Shown: one piece after another, positions 18,391 through 26,711 of the stretch | Numbering within the stretch: the first letter of the stretch is position 1 | Layout: each line of letters opens with the position of its first letter | DNA from: Desulfobacterales bacterium | GTDB taxonomy: Bacteria; Desulfobacterota; Desulfobacteria; Desulfobacterales; UBA5852 | NCBI GenBank assembly: GCA_963674755.2 | Contig: CAXXVS010000001.1 | Location: 928,001-992,000, forward strand | Reading direction: 5' to 3' | DNA: 64,000 nucleotides | Program-made: the position numbers and the translations under genes | The notes under the pieces: model-generated | Told to the model about the DNA's origin: nothing | The model's database searches: none | The model's input: the letters and a program-made list of their open reading frames with translations, nothing else

Positions 18391-21186
18391 ATGCGCTGGA
18401 AATGGGTATGTTTGGGTGTTGTTGTTTTGGTCGCAGCCGCAATGGCGGCGGTCTATGCCGTGCTGGCCAGCTACGACTACAACAAACTCAAGCCGCGCAT
18501 GGCCCGGATGGTCAAAGAGGCTACCGGACGGGAATTGAAACTGGAGGGGGAGGTCGACCTGACGATTGGATTCACCCCCACCTTGGTCGTGCGGAAGGCC
18601 GGTTTTGCCAACGCCCCGTGGGGTTCCCAACCCCAGATGATTCAGGCCGATACGCTTGAAGCGGCGGTGCGGCTGCTGCCCCTGCTGGCGGGAGAGGTGG
18701 TGGTGACGTATGTCGGTCTGTCCGGGGTCGACGTGCTGCTGGAAACCGATGCCAACGGAAAGGGCAACTGGGATTTCAGCGCTGCCCGCGGTTCGGGAAA
18801 GAGGACCGGGAAGTTCCCATCCCTGGGGATCGCTGTGGACCAGATCCGGATAGAAGACCTGCATCTTGCCTATCGCGGGCGCCGGACAGAGAACGAGGCG
18901 CACTATACGATCGACCGTCTGGATGTGGCGCGGCAGGAAGCGGCTGACCGGCTGGCGATCGATCTGCAGGCCCGTTACAACGAAATTCCGGTAGCGCTTT
19001 CCGGCCAAACCGGAGGGCTTCAGGCGCTAAGGGCCCATCAACGGTTTCCGCTCGAACTGTCGGGAACGTTTGCCGGGGCCAAGGTCGAGACCGCAGGGGC
19101 GATCGACGACCTCCTCACGCTTCGGGGTATCGCGCTCAAGACCCATGTCTCCGGGAGCGATCTGGCGGCACTGGGGATCGATAAAACGATTCTGCTCCCC
19201 CAAACGAGCGCTTTCGATGCCACGGGTCTCCTGAAGGGGTCGAAGGCATCCCTCGCCTTGGAAGATTTGACCGGAACCCTCTCCGGCCGAGGGCTGGCTT
19301 TGGCCTTCAGCGGAAGTGTGGGCAACCTGTTTGCTCTCAGCGCCATCGACCTGGAACTGAAGGGCGACGGTAAGAACCTGTCCGTGATCGGACCCATGAT
19401 CGGGCAGAAGCTTCCCGCCACCGAGACGTTCGATTTCCGGGGGCGATTGCAAGGCTCCCCCCAAGGCCTGTCTTTCGAAGAAGCAAAGGCAAACGCCAGG
19501 CGGGGTGACTTGGATGTTGTTTTTGAGGGTGAGATCGGCGACGTGCTTGATTTCAGCGGTCTGGATTTGCAGGTGAGAGCTGCGGGCCGGGATCTGGCCG
19601 AAGTTGGGCCCATGATCGGCGTAACATTGCCGGCCACCGATGATTTTGCCGCTGAGGGGCGGCTGGAGGGGTCCGCCAAGGCCCTTGGCCTGAAAGCCGC
19701 CCAGGGCCGGGCCAAACGGGGCCGTATGAACCTGGCCCTCGACGGCCGGATCCGGAACGTGCTGACGTTGGAGGGCGTGGACCTGAATGTGCAGGGCCGG
19801 GGCCGGAATCTGGAGGATGTGGGGAAGATGATCGCTATGGCGCTCCCGGCGACGGATGCGTTCGAGGTCCGGGGCCGATTGACGGGCTCGGCCAAATCCC
19901 TGTCTTTCCGACACGTCTGGGCCAGTGCCCAGCGGGGTGGTTTGAAGCTGGGATTGAGCGGTGGGATTGATGGGTTGTTCACGGATAAGACCCTCAATTT
20001 GGATGTGCACGCTTCGGGCACGGAGCTGGCCGAAATAGGGCCGCTTGTGGGGGCTGCGCTGCCCGCGCTGGGGCCTTTTGATATAAGTGCCAACCTTGCG
20101 GGTTCGCCGAAAGCCATTTCCCTGAGCGACGTTTCCGCCATTGTGGATAAGAGCGATTTTAAGGGCCAGGTCGAGATGGCGTTCCGCAAGCGCCCCAAAA
20201 TCTCCGTACTCCTGGATTCGTCGGTGATCGATTTTTCACGGTTGATGAACCCCATCGACAAGAAGGCCCAAAAGACTGCCGGCAATCCATCGCCGCAACG
20301 CCATTGGCTCCCTGACGATCCCCTGCCGTTCGATGTCCTCAAAAAAGTGGACGCCGACATCCGCATCAGGGCCCGCGACATCCACGCCCGGGACGCCCGT
20401 CTTGAATTCGGCCACCTGGTCTTGAATCTCGAGAACGGTGATTTCAGCATCGACAGGCTTGAAGCGGCCTACCAAAAAGCAAAAATTTCGGGGCATCTTG
20501 CCATCCGTGATGAAGCGCCGCCGCGCATCGCCCTCGATTTCCTGGTGCAGGGCTTCAACCTGGGCGATTTTCTCAAAGAGACCGGCAAGAGCGACAAGGT
20601 CCAGGCCGTTGTCGATATCGCGGCCCATGGGGAAAGCCGGGGGAATTCGCTGAATGGTCTGGTGGCCCATTTGAACGGCTCCATTGGTGCGGTCATGGGG
20701 AAAGGCTACCTGTCCCGCTATCTCGAGATCCTCTCCGTGAATCTCAGCCAGAAGGTCCTTTCCCTCTGGGACTGGGTCCGGCGCCATCGGGAAAAGGCCG
20801 ACCAGATCAATTGTGCGGTGGTCCAATTCGATATCCAGGAAGGGGTGGCCACCAGCCGGGCCTTTGTGTTCGACAGCCAGCTTGCCGTCCTGACCGGCGA
20901 AGGCGTGCTCAACCTGGGCACCGAACAAATTGATTTTCTGCTCGTTCAGAACTCCCAGGACCCCAGCTTTGGCCTATCCCCCAATCTGCGCGTCCGCGGC
21001 ACATTGTCGGACCCGGTGGTGCGACCGGACAAACTTTCATTACTGACCCAGGGCAGCTGGGCCTTGAGCAGTCTTGCCATCGGGCCGTTAGGGCTGCTGG
21101 CTCCGTTTGTACACTTGGGCGCCCACAAGGCGCACCCCTGTGATGTTCCTGGTATCGGTTTCATCGAAAATCGCACCGCGCCCTAA
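18391..21186 (+). CDS. AsmA family protein with internal tandem repeats
   Basis: N-terminal anchor plus 'D.N.LKP....VKEATGREL', 'LLPLL.G', 'G.GNW'; C-terminal 'INC....FDI..GVA', 'G.G..NL..E.ID', 'VRGTL.DP'. Confidence 0.88.
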   Translation: MRWKWVCLGVVVLVAAAMAAVYAVLASYDYNKLKPRMARMVKEATGRELKLEGEVDLTIGFTPTLVVRKAGFANAPWGSQPQMIQADTLEAAVRLLPLLAGEVVVTYVGLSGVDVLLETDANGKGNWDFSAARGSGKRTGKFPSLGIAVDQIRIEDLHLAYRGRRTENEAHYTIDRLDVARQEAADRLAIDLQARYNEIPVALSGQTGGLQALRAHQRFPLELSGTFAGAKVETAGAIDDLLTLRGIALKTHVSGSDLAALGIDKTILLPQTSAFDATGLLKGSKASLALEDLTGTLSGRGLALAFSGSVGNLFALSAIDLELKGDGKNLSVIGPMIGQKLPATETFDFRGRLQGSPQGLSFEEAKANARRGDLDVVFEGEIGDVLDFSGLDLQVRAAGRDLAEVGPMIGVTLPATDDFAAEGRLEGSAKALGLKAAQGRAKRGRMNLALDGRIRNVLTLEGVDLNVQGRGRNLEDVGKMIAMALPATDAFEVRGRLTGSAKSLSFRHVWASAQRGGLKLGLSGGIDGLFTDKTLNLDVHASGTELAEIGPLVGAALPALGPFDISANLAGSPKAISLSDVSAIVDKSDFKGQVEMAFRKRPKISVLLDSSVIDFSRLMNPIDKKAQKTAGNPSPQRHWLPDDPLPFDVLKKVDADIRIRARDIHARDARLEFGHLVLNLENGDFSIDRLEAAYQKAKISGHLAIRDEAPPRIALDFLVQGFNLGDFLKETGKSDKVQAVVDIAAHGESRGNSLNGLVAHLNGSIGAVMGKGYLSRYLEILSVNLSQKVLSLWDWVRRHREKADQINCAVVQFDIQEGVATSRAFVFDSQLAVLTGEGVLNLGTEQIDFLLVQNSQDPSFGLSPNLRVRGTLSDPVVRPDKLSLLTQGSWALSSLAIGPLGLLAPFVHLGAHKAHPCDVPGIGFIENRTAP
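19111..20150 (+). repeat. five tandem ~216-bp (72-aa) repeats inside the AsmA gene
   Basis: Units begin at about 19111, 19327, 19543, 19759 and 19975; the motif 'G.DL..xGxMIG..LPAT..F...GRL.GS' recurs at 216-bp spacing. Confidence 0.8.
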
Positions 21187-21401
21187 TGGGACCGCTCTCC
21201 AGCAGATACACCGGAGGGACAAACGACACCGACGTCTATGGAAGAAGACCCAGCCATACCGTCAATAAACGAAACCATTAAAGGGGTGCAGGCGACCTGG
21301 TAAAACAATCAACCTTCGGCATTGCCCAAAGGGCGGGGGGCCGGTCGGGCGGTGCCGGCGGCAAGGTTTGGTGTTGGATTCAGGATAGCAAGGGAGGCAC
21401 G

Positions 21402-22517
21402 ATGATAGCGAACGACTGGGTATCCCCCGAGGCCATTCTGGGCGCCATGAACGTGGGGGTTTATGTCTGCGACCGCGATCGGCGAATCGCTTACTGGAGC
21501 AAGCGCGCAGAAGCCATTACCGGGTGGCGGGCAGAGGAGGTCATCGGGCATTCCTGCCGCGACAACATCCTCAACCACATCGACAAGGACGGACGCCCCC
21601 TGTGCGGTGAAGAAAGCTGCCCCCTGCACCGAGCCATGGTCACCGGGCGGGAGGCCGATGTGTCGATCATTGTCTTCGCCCAGGGCAAAGACGGCCGGCG
21701 TATCCCCATGCAGGTCAATGTGGCGCCGCTGCGCAACCCCGCCGGAGAAGTCGTCGGCGGCGTGGAAACCTTCCGGGACCTGACCTCCGTGATGCCCGAT
21801 TTGCGCCGCGCCCGGCGGATCCAGCAGCGTCTCCTCGAAGACGCCCTGCCGCAGGACCCGCGGGTGCTTTTCACGACCTTCTATCGCGCCCTGGACATGG
21901 TCGGGGGCGATTTTTACGCCCTCCACGCCGAAACAGAGGACTGCTATGCCTTCATGCTGGCCGATGTGGAGGGGCACGGCCTGGCGGCGGCGTTCAACGG
22001 TATGCACCTGAACTATGTGTGGAACAAATATAGCGACCTGCGGACCGCGCCGAGCGCTTTCGCCGCGGCAGCCAACGACGACCTGGTGCAGGTTTTTGGC
22101 CCGGACAGTTCTTTTGCAACGGCGGTGTGCGGCGTTTTCGACGCCGGCACGGGAACCTTGAGGCTTGCCGGGGCCGGCGGCCCACCGTCTCTCCTGCTCC
22201 AGGCCGGCGCGGAGCCCCGTTGGATTCATGCGCCGGGCATTCCGCTGGGCATTGCGGTCGGCAGCGTCTTTCCTGAAACGAAAACGGTCCTGGCGCCCGG
22301 CGACTGCTTCATGATGTGCACCGACGGCGCTTTCGAAGTGCACAATGCCGCGCAGGAAGAGTTGGGCCCGGACGGTTTCCTGCGGATCATCGAGGCACTG
22401 GAATATCCCCGCCGGGATCTTCAGCTGGAACGCCTGGAGGAGGAATTGCTGAAGTATTCCAACGCCATTCGGCTGCAGGACGATCTCACCATCTTTTTGT
22501 TGGAATACGGCGTGTGA
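21402..22517 (+). CDS. PAS domain / SpoIIE (PP2C) phosphatase
   Basis: PAS 'W..RAEAITGW..EEVIG'; PP2C motifs 'VGGDFY', 'ADVEGHG', 'TDG', 'DDLT'. Confidence 0.92.
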   Translation: MIANDWVSPEAILGAMNVGVYVCDRDRRIAYWSKRAEAITGWRAEEVIGHSCRDNILNHIDKDGRPLCGEESCPLHRAMVTGREADVSIIVFAQGKDGRRIPMQVNVAPLRNPAGEVVGGVETFRDLTSVMPDLRRARRIQQRLLEDALPQDPRVLFTTFYRALDMVGGDFYALHAETEDCYAFMLADVEGHGLAAAFNGMHLNYVWNKYSDLRTAPSAFAAAANDDLVQVFGPDSSFATAVCGVFDAGTGTLRLAGAGGPPSLLLQAGAEPRWIHAPGIPLGIAVGSVFPETKTVLAPGDCFMMCTDGAFEVHNAAQEELGPDGFLRIIEALEYPRRDLQLERLEEELLKYSNAIRLQDDLTIFLLEYGV

Positions 22518-22571
22518 CCCCTAAGTGCCGATTGGCATGGGATTGCGTTGCGACCCGCTTTTATTAGGTTC

Positions 22572-22632
22572 GATATAAGCCCTCCACCTCTGGTGGAGGA
22601 CCCGGAGAGGTTCTACCGATCCGGGGTGCCTT
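22572..22632 (+). mobile_element. possible orphan IS200/IS605-type terminal hairpin pair (relic)
   Basis: TAAGC-CCTCCACC-TCT-GGTGGAGG-A perfect hairpin followed by a CCCGGA...TCCGGG hairpin; no tnpA nearby. Confidence 0.4.
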
Positions 22633-22686
22633 TACATCAATTGGTTCCTTCATTTGCGTTCACGCTATAGCAAAAGGATATCGCTT

Positions 22687-23052
22687 ATGAGCACAGCAAA
22701 AGCCTTATGGTTCGCCATCCTGATGATTTTTTTCACAACCGGGGCCGTTCTGGCGGATGACGGCATCGTGGAGCGCACCGATGTCTGCCGCAAGGGCACA
22801 ATTATTATCAAAACCAGTGACGGCGACTATGTGGCCGCCGATCAGGAAACCATGGCCGACGAAGATCACAGCCCCTGGTCGAATGACGAGAATCCGCCCT
22901 GCTCCTTTTTTGCGGGGGAACACGTATCGGGCGACCTGAGCGGGGTCGGCCCGGTGACGTTGACCAACAGCCGCGGCCGGGAATGCGACTATGTGATCGA
23001 AGGCTCCGGTGACAGCATGCAGGATGCCGAGCAGGCTCTGGGCTGTGAGTGA
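22687..23052 (+). CDS. hypothetical secreted protein (four Cys, acidic)
   Basis: RBS AAGGA, signal peptide, coherent ORF. Confidence 0.6.
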   Translation: MSTAKALWFAILMIFFTTGAVLADDGIVERTDVCRKGTIIIKTSDGDYVAADQETMADEDHSPWSNDENPPCSFFAGEHVSGDLSGVGPVTLTNSRGRECDYVIEGSGDSMQDAEQALGCE

Positions 23053-23501
23053 GAAGGTCCGGCTGGACAGACGATCCTTGCGGCCCTACCTTGGTGGGAA
23101 GTCGGTTTTTGCAAAGCATGGGGTCGAGGGACGCTTCAAGGCGTGTGCGATTGTCGCCGACAGTCTTGATATGAATCCCTCCACTCTGCACGCCCGCATG
23201 CGCTAACGCGGGATTCTAAAATTTTTGAAATTTTAATCCTGGCGTGGAGCACCATTAGGTTCACAACAATCTGAGATACCAACCAAGAGGGAGGCGTATG
23301 GTCTTGGGCTGCGCCATTTCCATGGGAGCAGTGCCGGGCTGCATCGTGACGCCACCCTTAACGCACCAGGATATCGAACAACTGCGGCCCTAAGCAGACG
23401 AGCTTATCAGGAAAATCAATTCCGACATTTTGCACGACATGCAGGCGGAGCAGCGCGTCCAGTTTGAAAAGCAAGCCCAAACCCTAAAAAGGAGAAAAAC
23501 C

Positions 23502-24080
23502 ATGAAAAGAAAGCTGACAAGCATACTCATACTGTCACTGCTGGTCGTCCTGGCCGGGTCGGGGGTGGCCCTGGGAGATGAATATGCCAGCGCCATCAGC
23601 GTATTCAAATCATCGCCCGAGGTGCGGGAGTTTTTCAATAATTGTTACGCCTATGCGGTTTATCCCACCGTGGGCAAGGCCGCCTTGTTGGTGGGGGGCG
23701 CTTTCGGGGAAGGCAAGGTCTACCGTGAAGGCAAGGTGGTCGGAACCTCCAAGATGATGCAGGCCTCTTTCGGCTTGCAGCTCGGCGGCAAGGCCTTCAG
23801 CGAGATCGTCTTCCTGCAGGACAAGCGGGCCTATGACGATTTCACCCGTGGTGAATTCGAATTCGACGCTACGATGTCGGCTACGGCCGTCACGGCCGGC
23901 GCGGAAGCTTCCGCCGGCACGGGCGGCAAGACCGCCGGCGCCACGGCCGGCCCCAAGACCGGGGTTCAGGCCAAAACGGAATACCGCAAAGGAATGGCTG
24001 CCTTCGTGCACCAGAAAGGCGGCCTGATGGCCGGTTTGTCCTTGGGCGGGCAGAAGTTCCATTTCGAGCCCATGAAATAA
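23502..24080 (+). CDS. Ysc84/SYLF lipid-binding domain protein
   Basis: Signal peptide; 'YAVYPTVGKA...VGGAFGEG', 'S.GLQLGG....EIVF', 'KGGLMAGLSLGGQKF'. Confidence 0.88.
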   Translation: MKRKLTSILILSLLVVLAGSGVALGDEYASAISVFKSSPEVREFFNNCYAYAVYPTVGKAALLVGGAFGEGKVYREGKVVGTSKMMQASFGLQLGGKAFSEIVFLQDKRAYDDFTRGEFEFDATMSATAVTAGAEASAGTGGKTAGATAGPKTGVQAKTEYRKGMAAFVHQKGGLMAGLSLGGQKFHFEPMK

Positions 24081-24270
24081 TGTCACGGACAGCATGGGGC
24101 TTACTGCGCCGGCGTAGGGGAAATGCTCAAGGGATACGGACAGGCGCAGTTGCTCCTCGGAGCCACCGCTTTTGGCCGTTCCGACGATGCCGTAGACCTA
24201 TTCCTCGGCATGGGGGACTACCGTCCGCCCCGGACCCAGCGCTTCTTTTGGAATTACACCCTTAAGCCAC

Positions 24271-24301
24271 TAACGGGGGTTCGATTCCCCCCGGGGTCAC
24301 C
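24271..24301 (+). other. 3' fragment of tRNA-Glu (T-arm plus acceptor strand); probable attR/attL
   Basis: TAACGGGGGTTCGATTCCCCCCGGGGTCACC matches the 3' ~31 nt of bacterial tRNA-Glu; no D-arm or anticodon arm upstream. Confidence 0.7.
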
Positions 24302-24311
24302 GTTGCTTCTG

Positions 24312-24350
24312 AAGCCGCCTGGGGAGTTGCCGGCTCCCCAAGCGGCTTTT
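24312..24350 (+). terminator. rho-independent terminator
   Basis: AAGCCGC-C-TGGGGAG / CTCCCCA-A-GCGGCTT stem with T-tail, directly after the tRNA fragment. Confidence 0.75.
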
Positions 24351-24399
24351 GAATGCCCAGGCTGACTTTTCCATCTATGGATATCTCATTTTCCCGCTT

Positions 24400-25458
24400 T
24401 TAACGGTTTCGATCATTGTCCGTCAGGGTCATCAAAAAGGCCACGATTTCGTCGACCTCGTCATCCGATAACCCCAGGTTACCGATGTCCGTGGTATTCA
24501 GGTTGTCGGATACCTCCGGCCCCTCCCAATTCGCGACGTCGCGCGTGTTCTTGAATTGGACGATGTGCCTGAGGGTCGGGAAATAGCCGTTGTGGGAATA
24601 GGGGGCCGAAAGACCGACGTTGCGAAGGGTCGGCACCTTGAATTTGCCATCCTGGGCGGGGTCATTCACAACGGGACCCAATCCTAGATCAAGCGGGTTG
24701 CCTTCTAACAGCGGATTAGGCGGGACACCGATGTTGGCATAGGTGTAGTTGGTAAAGAGAGGCCCCTGCCCGGTAGTGTCATCCATTGAATGGCATTGGG
24801 CGCAATTGGTCTCGAAAAGGGCCATACCGCGCTGCTCTTGTGCGGTAAGGATGCCCTGGTCGTAGCGGGCGTTGAACTTTTGGACTTCAACAGAGCGCTC
24901 ATAGGCGGCGATGGCGCGGGCGATGTTGTCGAAAGCGGCATCCACATCATCCAGGGCGCCCGCATCGAACACGTCGATAAATAATTCAGCATAGGCCGCA
25001 TTGCGCACCACCTCCACCACGGCCTCTTTGTCGGGCATGCCCATTTCGAAGGGGTTCAAGGGCGGGCCCTGGGCCTGCTCGGCCAGCGGATCTCCCAAGG
25101 TTGCGCCCGTTGCACGCCCGTCCCAGAACAGGCCGCCAACATAGTTGCCGTTCTCATCCTGCTGTAAAGGCGGACTGTAACCGGCATAGGCCGAGGAGGG
25201 GGCGTTGCGTCCCCCTTTGCTGACCCCGTCGTCCCCCAGGGAAACGACGGTGTAATAGGGGTCGCGGCTGTTGGTGGGGTCGGCAAATCCCGCCACCTGG
25301 TGATGGCAGGTCTGACAGGATTGGGTCGCATTGAACGAAAAGTCCATGTCCTGATACATAATTTTGCCGAGCTGTTCCAGCGGGCTTAAACCGGCCGCCG
25401 ATGCGGCGCCCATCGCAAGCAATAAGATCAGCATAACGGCGAATGTTTGTTTCATCAT
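24400..25458 (-). CDS. di-haem cytochrome c peroxidase (bCcP/MauG family)
   Basis: Signal peptide; two CxxCH motifs (CQTCH, CAQCH); 'GRNAPS', 'FWDGRA', 'QAQGP..NP.EM', 'FKVPTLRNV..SAPY.HNG'. Confidence 0.93.
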   Translation of the reverse strand: MMKQTFAVMLILLLAMGAASAAGLSPLEQLGKIMYQDMDFSFNATQSCQTCHHQVAGFADPTNSRDPYYTVVSLGDDGVSKGGRNAPSSAYAGYSPPLQQDENGNYVGGLFWDGRATGATLGDPLAEQAQGPPLNPFEMGMPDKEAVVEVVRNAAYAELFIDVFDAGALDDVDAAFDNIARAIAAYERSVEVQKFNARYDQGILTAQEQRGMALFETNCAQCHSMDDTTGQGPLFTNYTYANIGVPPNPLLEGNPLDLGLGPVVNDPAQDGKFKVPTLRNVGLSAPYSHNGYFPTLRHIVQFKNTRDVANWEGPEVSDNLNTTDIGNLGLSDDEVDEIVAFLMTLTDNDRNR

Positions 25459-25872
25459 GCGAATTCCTCCTTGGTGTCGTCTCCGGACCGCCAAGCGGTG
25501 CAATCCCTAGGCGGTGGCCCTGCTTGCGTCTCCGGCGCGCACGAGGGCAAGCCGCCGCGACAGCGATGCATCTTCACCTTAATTTGGTCGAAGGGATTGT
25601 TTGGCCTGCAGCCCGAAGGGTTTTCTGAAGTGCGGAAGATCTCAGCGGCCAGCGCCACAGGTGCTGGTCTTATACGCCAACCAGGTGAATGCTCCTTTCT
25701 GTGACGGGTTTGCGAGGATGCGTATGATTCGCTGCACGCAGGGACACGGAATTGATGAGCCGTATTTACTTCTGTAACGATTGGTGCGCCGGAAGGTTAC
25801 AAGCTTTTTTTATACCGGTATGTCTCCGGTCGATGTCGGGAGAAGATGGGAAAGATAAAAAGAGGTTAAGGG

Positions 25873-25994
25873 GTTTTAATCGCCGAAATGGCGCACTATT
25901 CCTCCGGTTGACGCCCACCGTTCGGAATCGATCAGACGGGAAGGGCCGCAACGCGGGAAAACGCGCGCGGGCCTTGTCCGGAACCAAAATCACC
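25873..25994 (-). repeat. MITE-like palindromic repeat, copy A (long variant, truncated ends)
   Basis: Reverse complement aligns with 36945-37070 (GATTTTGGTT..GG.CAAGGCCCG.GCGCGTTTTCCCGC...GGAGGAATAGT). Confidence 0.8.
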
Positions 25995-26180
25995 TTCTTG
26001 CGCGCAGGGGCCGGCGTTATTGGGCAACCGGAAACGAGAAGGGGTCCCCAACGGCAGAGGGCGCGGTCCCGATCATCGGTTTGGATGGTGCGCCATCAAT
26101 ACGACATGGCCAGAGGGGCCGGCCGCGGAGCGTGACATTTGCTCCGGGCCGGACCCAACTTGGCCATCGGTCCTTCCGCG

Positions 26181-26540
26181 CTATTTTTTCAGGAAGAGGT
26201 AGGCGGCCAGGCCCAGGAGGACAAAGGCAAATATCTTCTTGAAACTGCCGGTGGAGACATGTTCCACAAGTCTTGCACCGACCTGGGCCCCGATAATGCC
26301 GCCGATCCCCAAGGCGATGCCGAGCCGATAATCCACATTGGCGAGTTTGCCATGGGCCACCAGCGCGGAAATCGAGATCACGAGGATGGCCATAAAGGAG
26401 GTCCCCACGGCCTGCTGGGCGCCGAAGCCCATGAAGAGCAGGAGCGGGACCATCAGGAACCCGCCGCCAAGCCCGGTAAAGGACGCCCCGATGCCCACCA
26501 CAACACCTGCCAGAGCCAATAAAATCAAGTTTGGAGTCAT
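26181..26540 (-). CDS. half-size TauE/SafE (sulfite exporter) family membrane protein
   Basis: 'GLGGGFLMVPLL', 'AVGTS', 'G.IG..VGA' motifs; about 119 aa. Confidence 0.85.
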   Translation of the reverse strand: MTPNLILLALAGVVVGIGASFTGLGGGFLMVPLLLFMGFGAQQAVGTSFMAILVISISALVAHGKLANVDYRLGIALGIGGIIGAQVGARLVEHVSTGSFKKIFAFVLLGLAAYLFLKK

Positions 26541-26711
26541 AAGATTTCTCCCGGAAGAAAGATTGCCAAATCGAGAACTCAACAAGGTCTGAACTCTCGC
26601 TCGTTAATCGCCTGATGATCCGCTTCCATGACGATTGGTCACTTCGGTTGCCCCTTTCGGTTCTCTCCGTCTACTGCGTCTGACCGCTCGATGGATAGCG
26701 GCCCCCCCTTA

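Noticed and set aside
22533..22547. sigma54 promoter TGGCATGGGATTGC
   Set aside because: GG-to-GC spacing is 9 nt rather than the required 10.
24225..24301. Intact tRNA gene
   Set aside because: Only the T-arm and 3' acceptor strand are present; upstream sequence forms no D-arm or anticodon arm.
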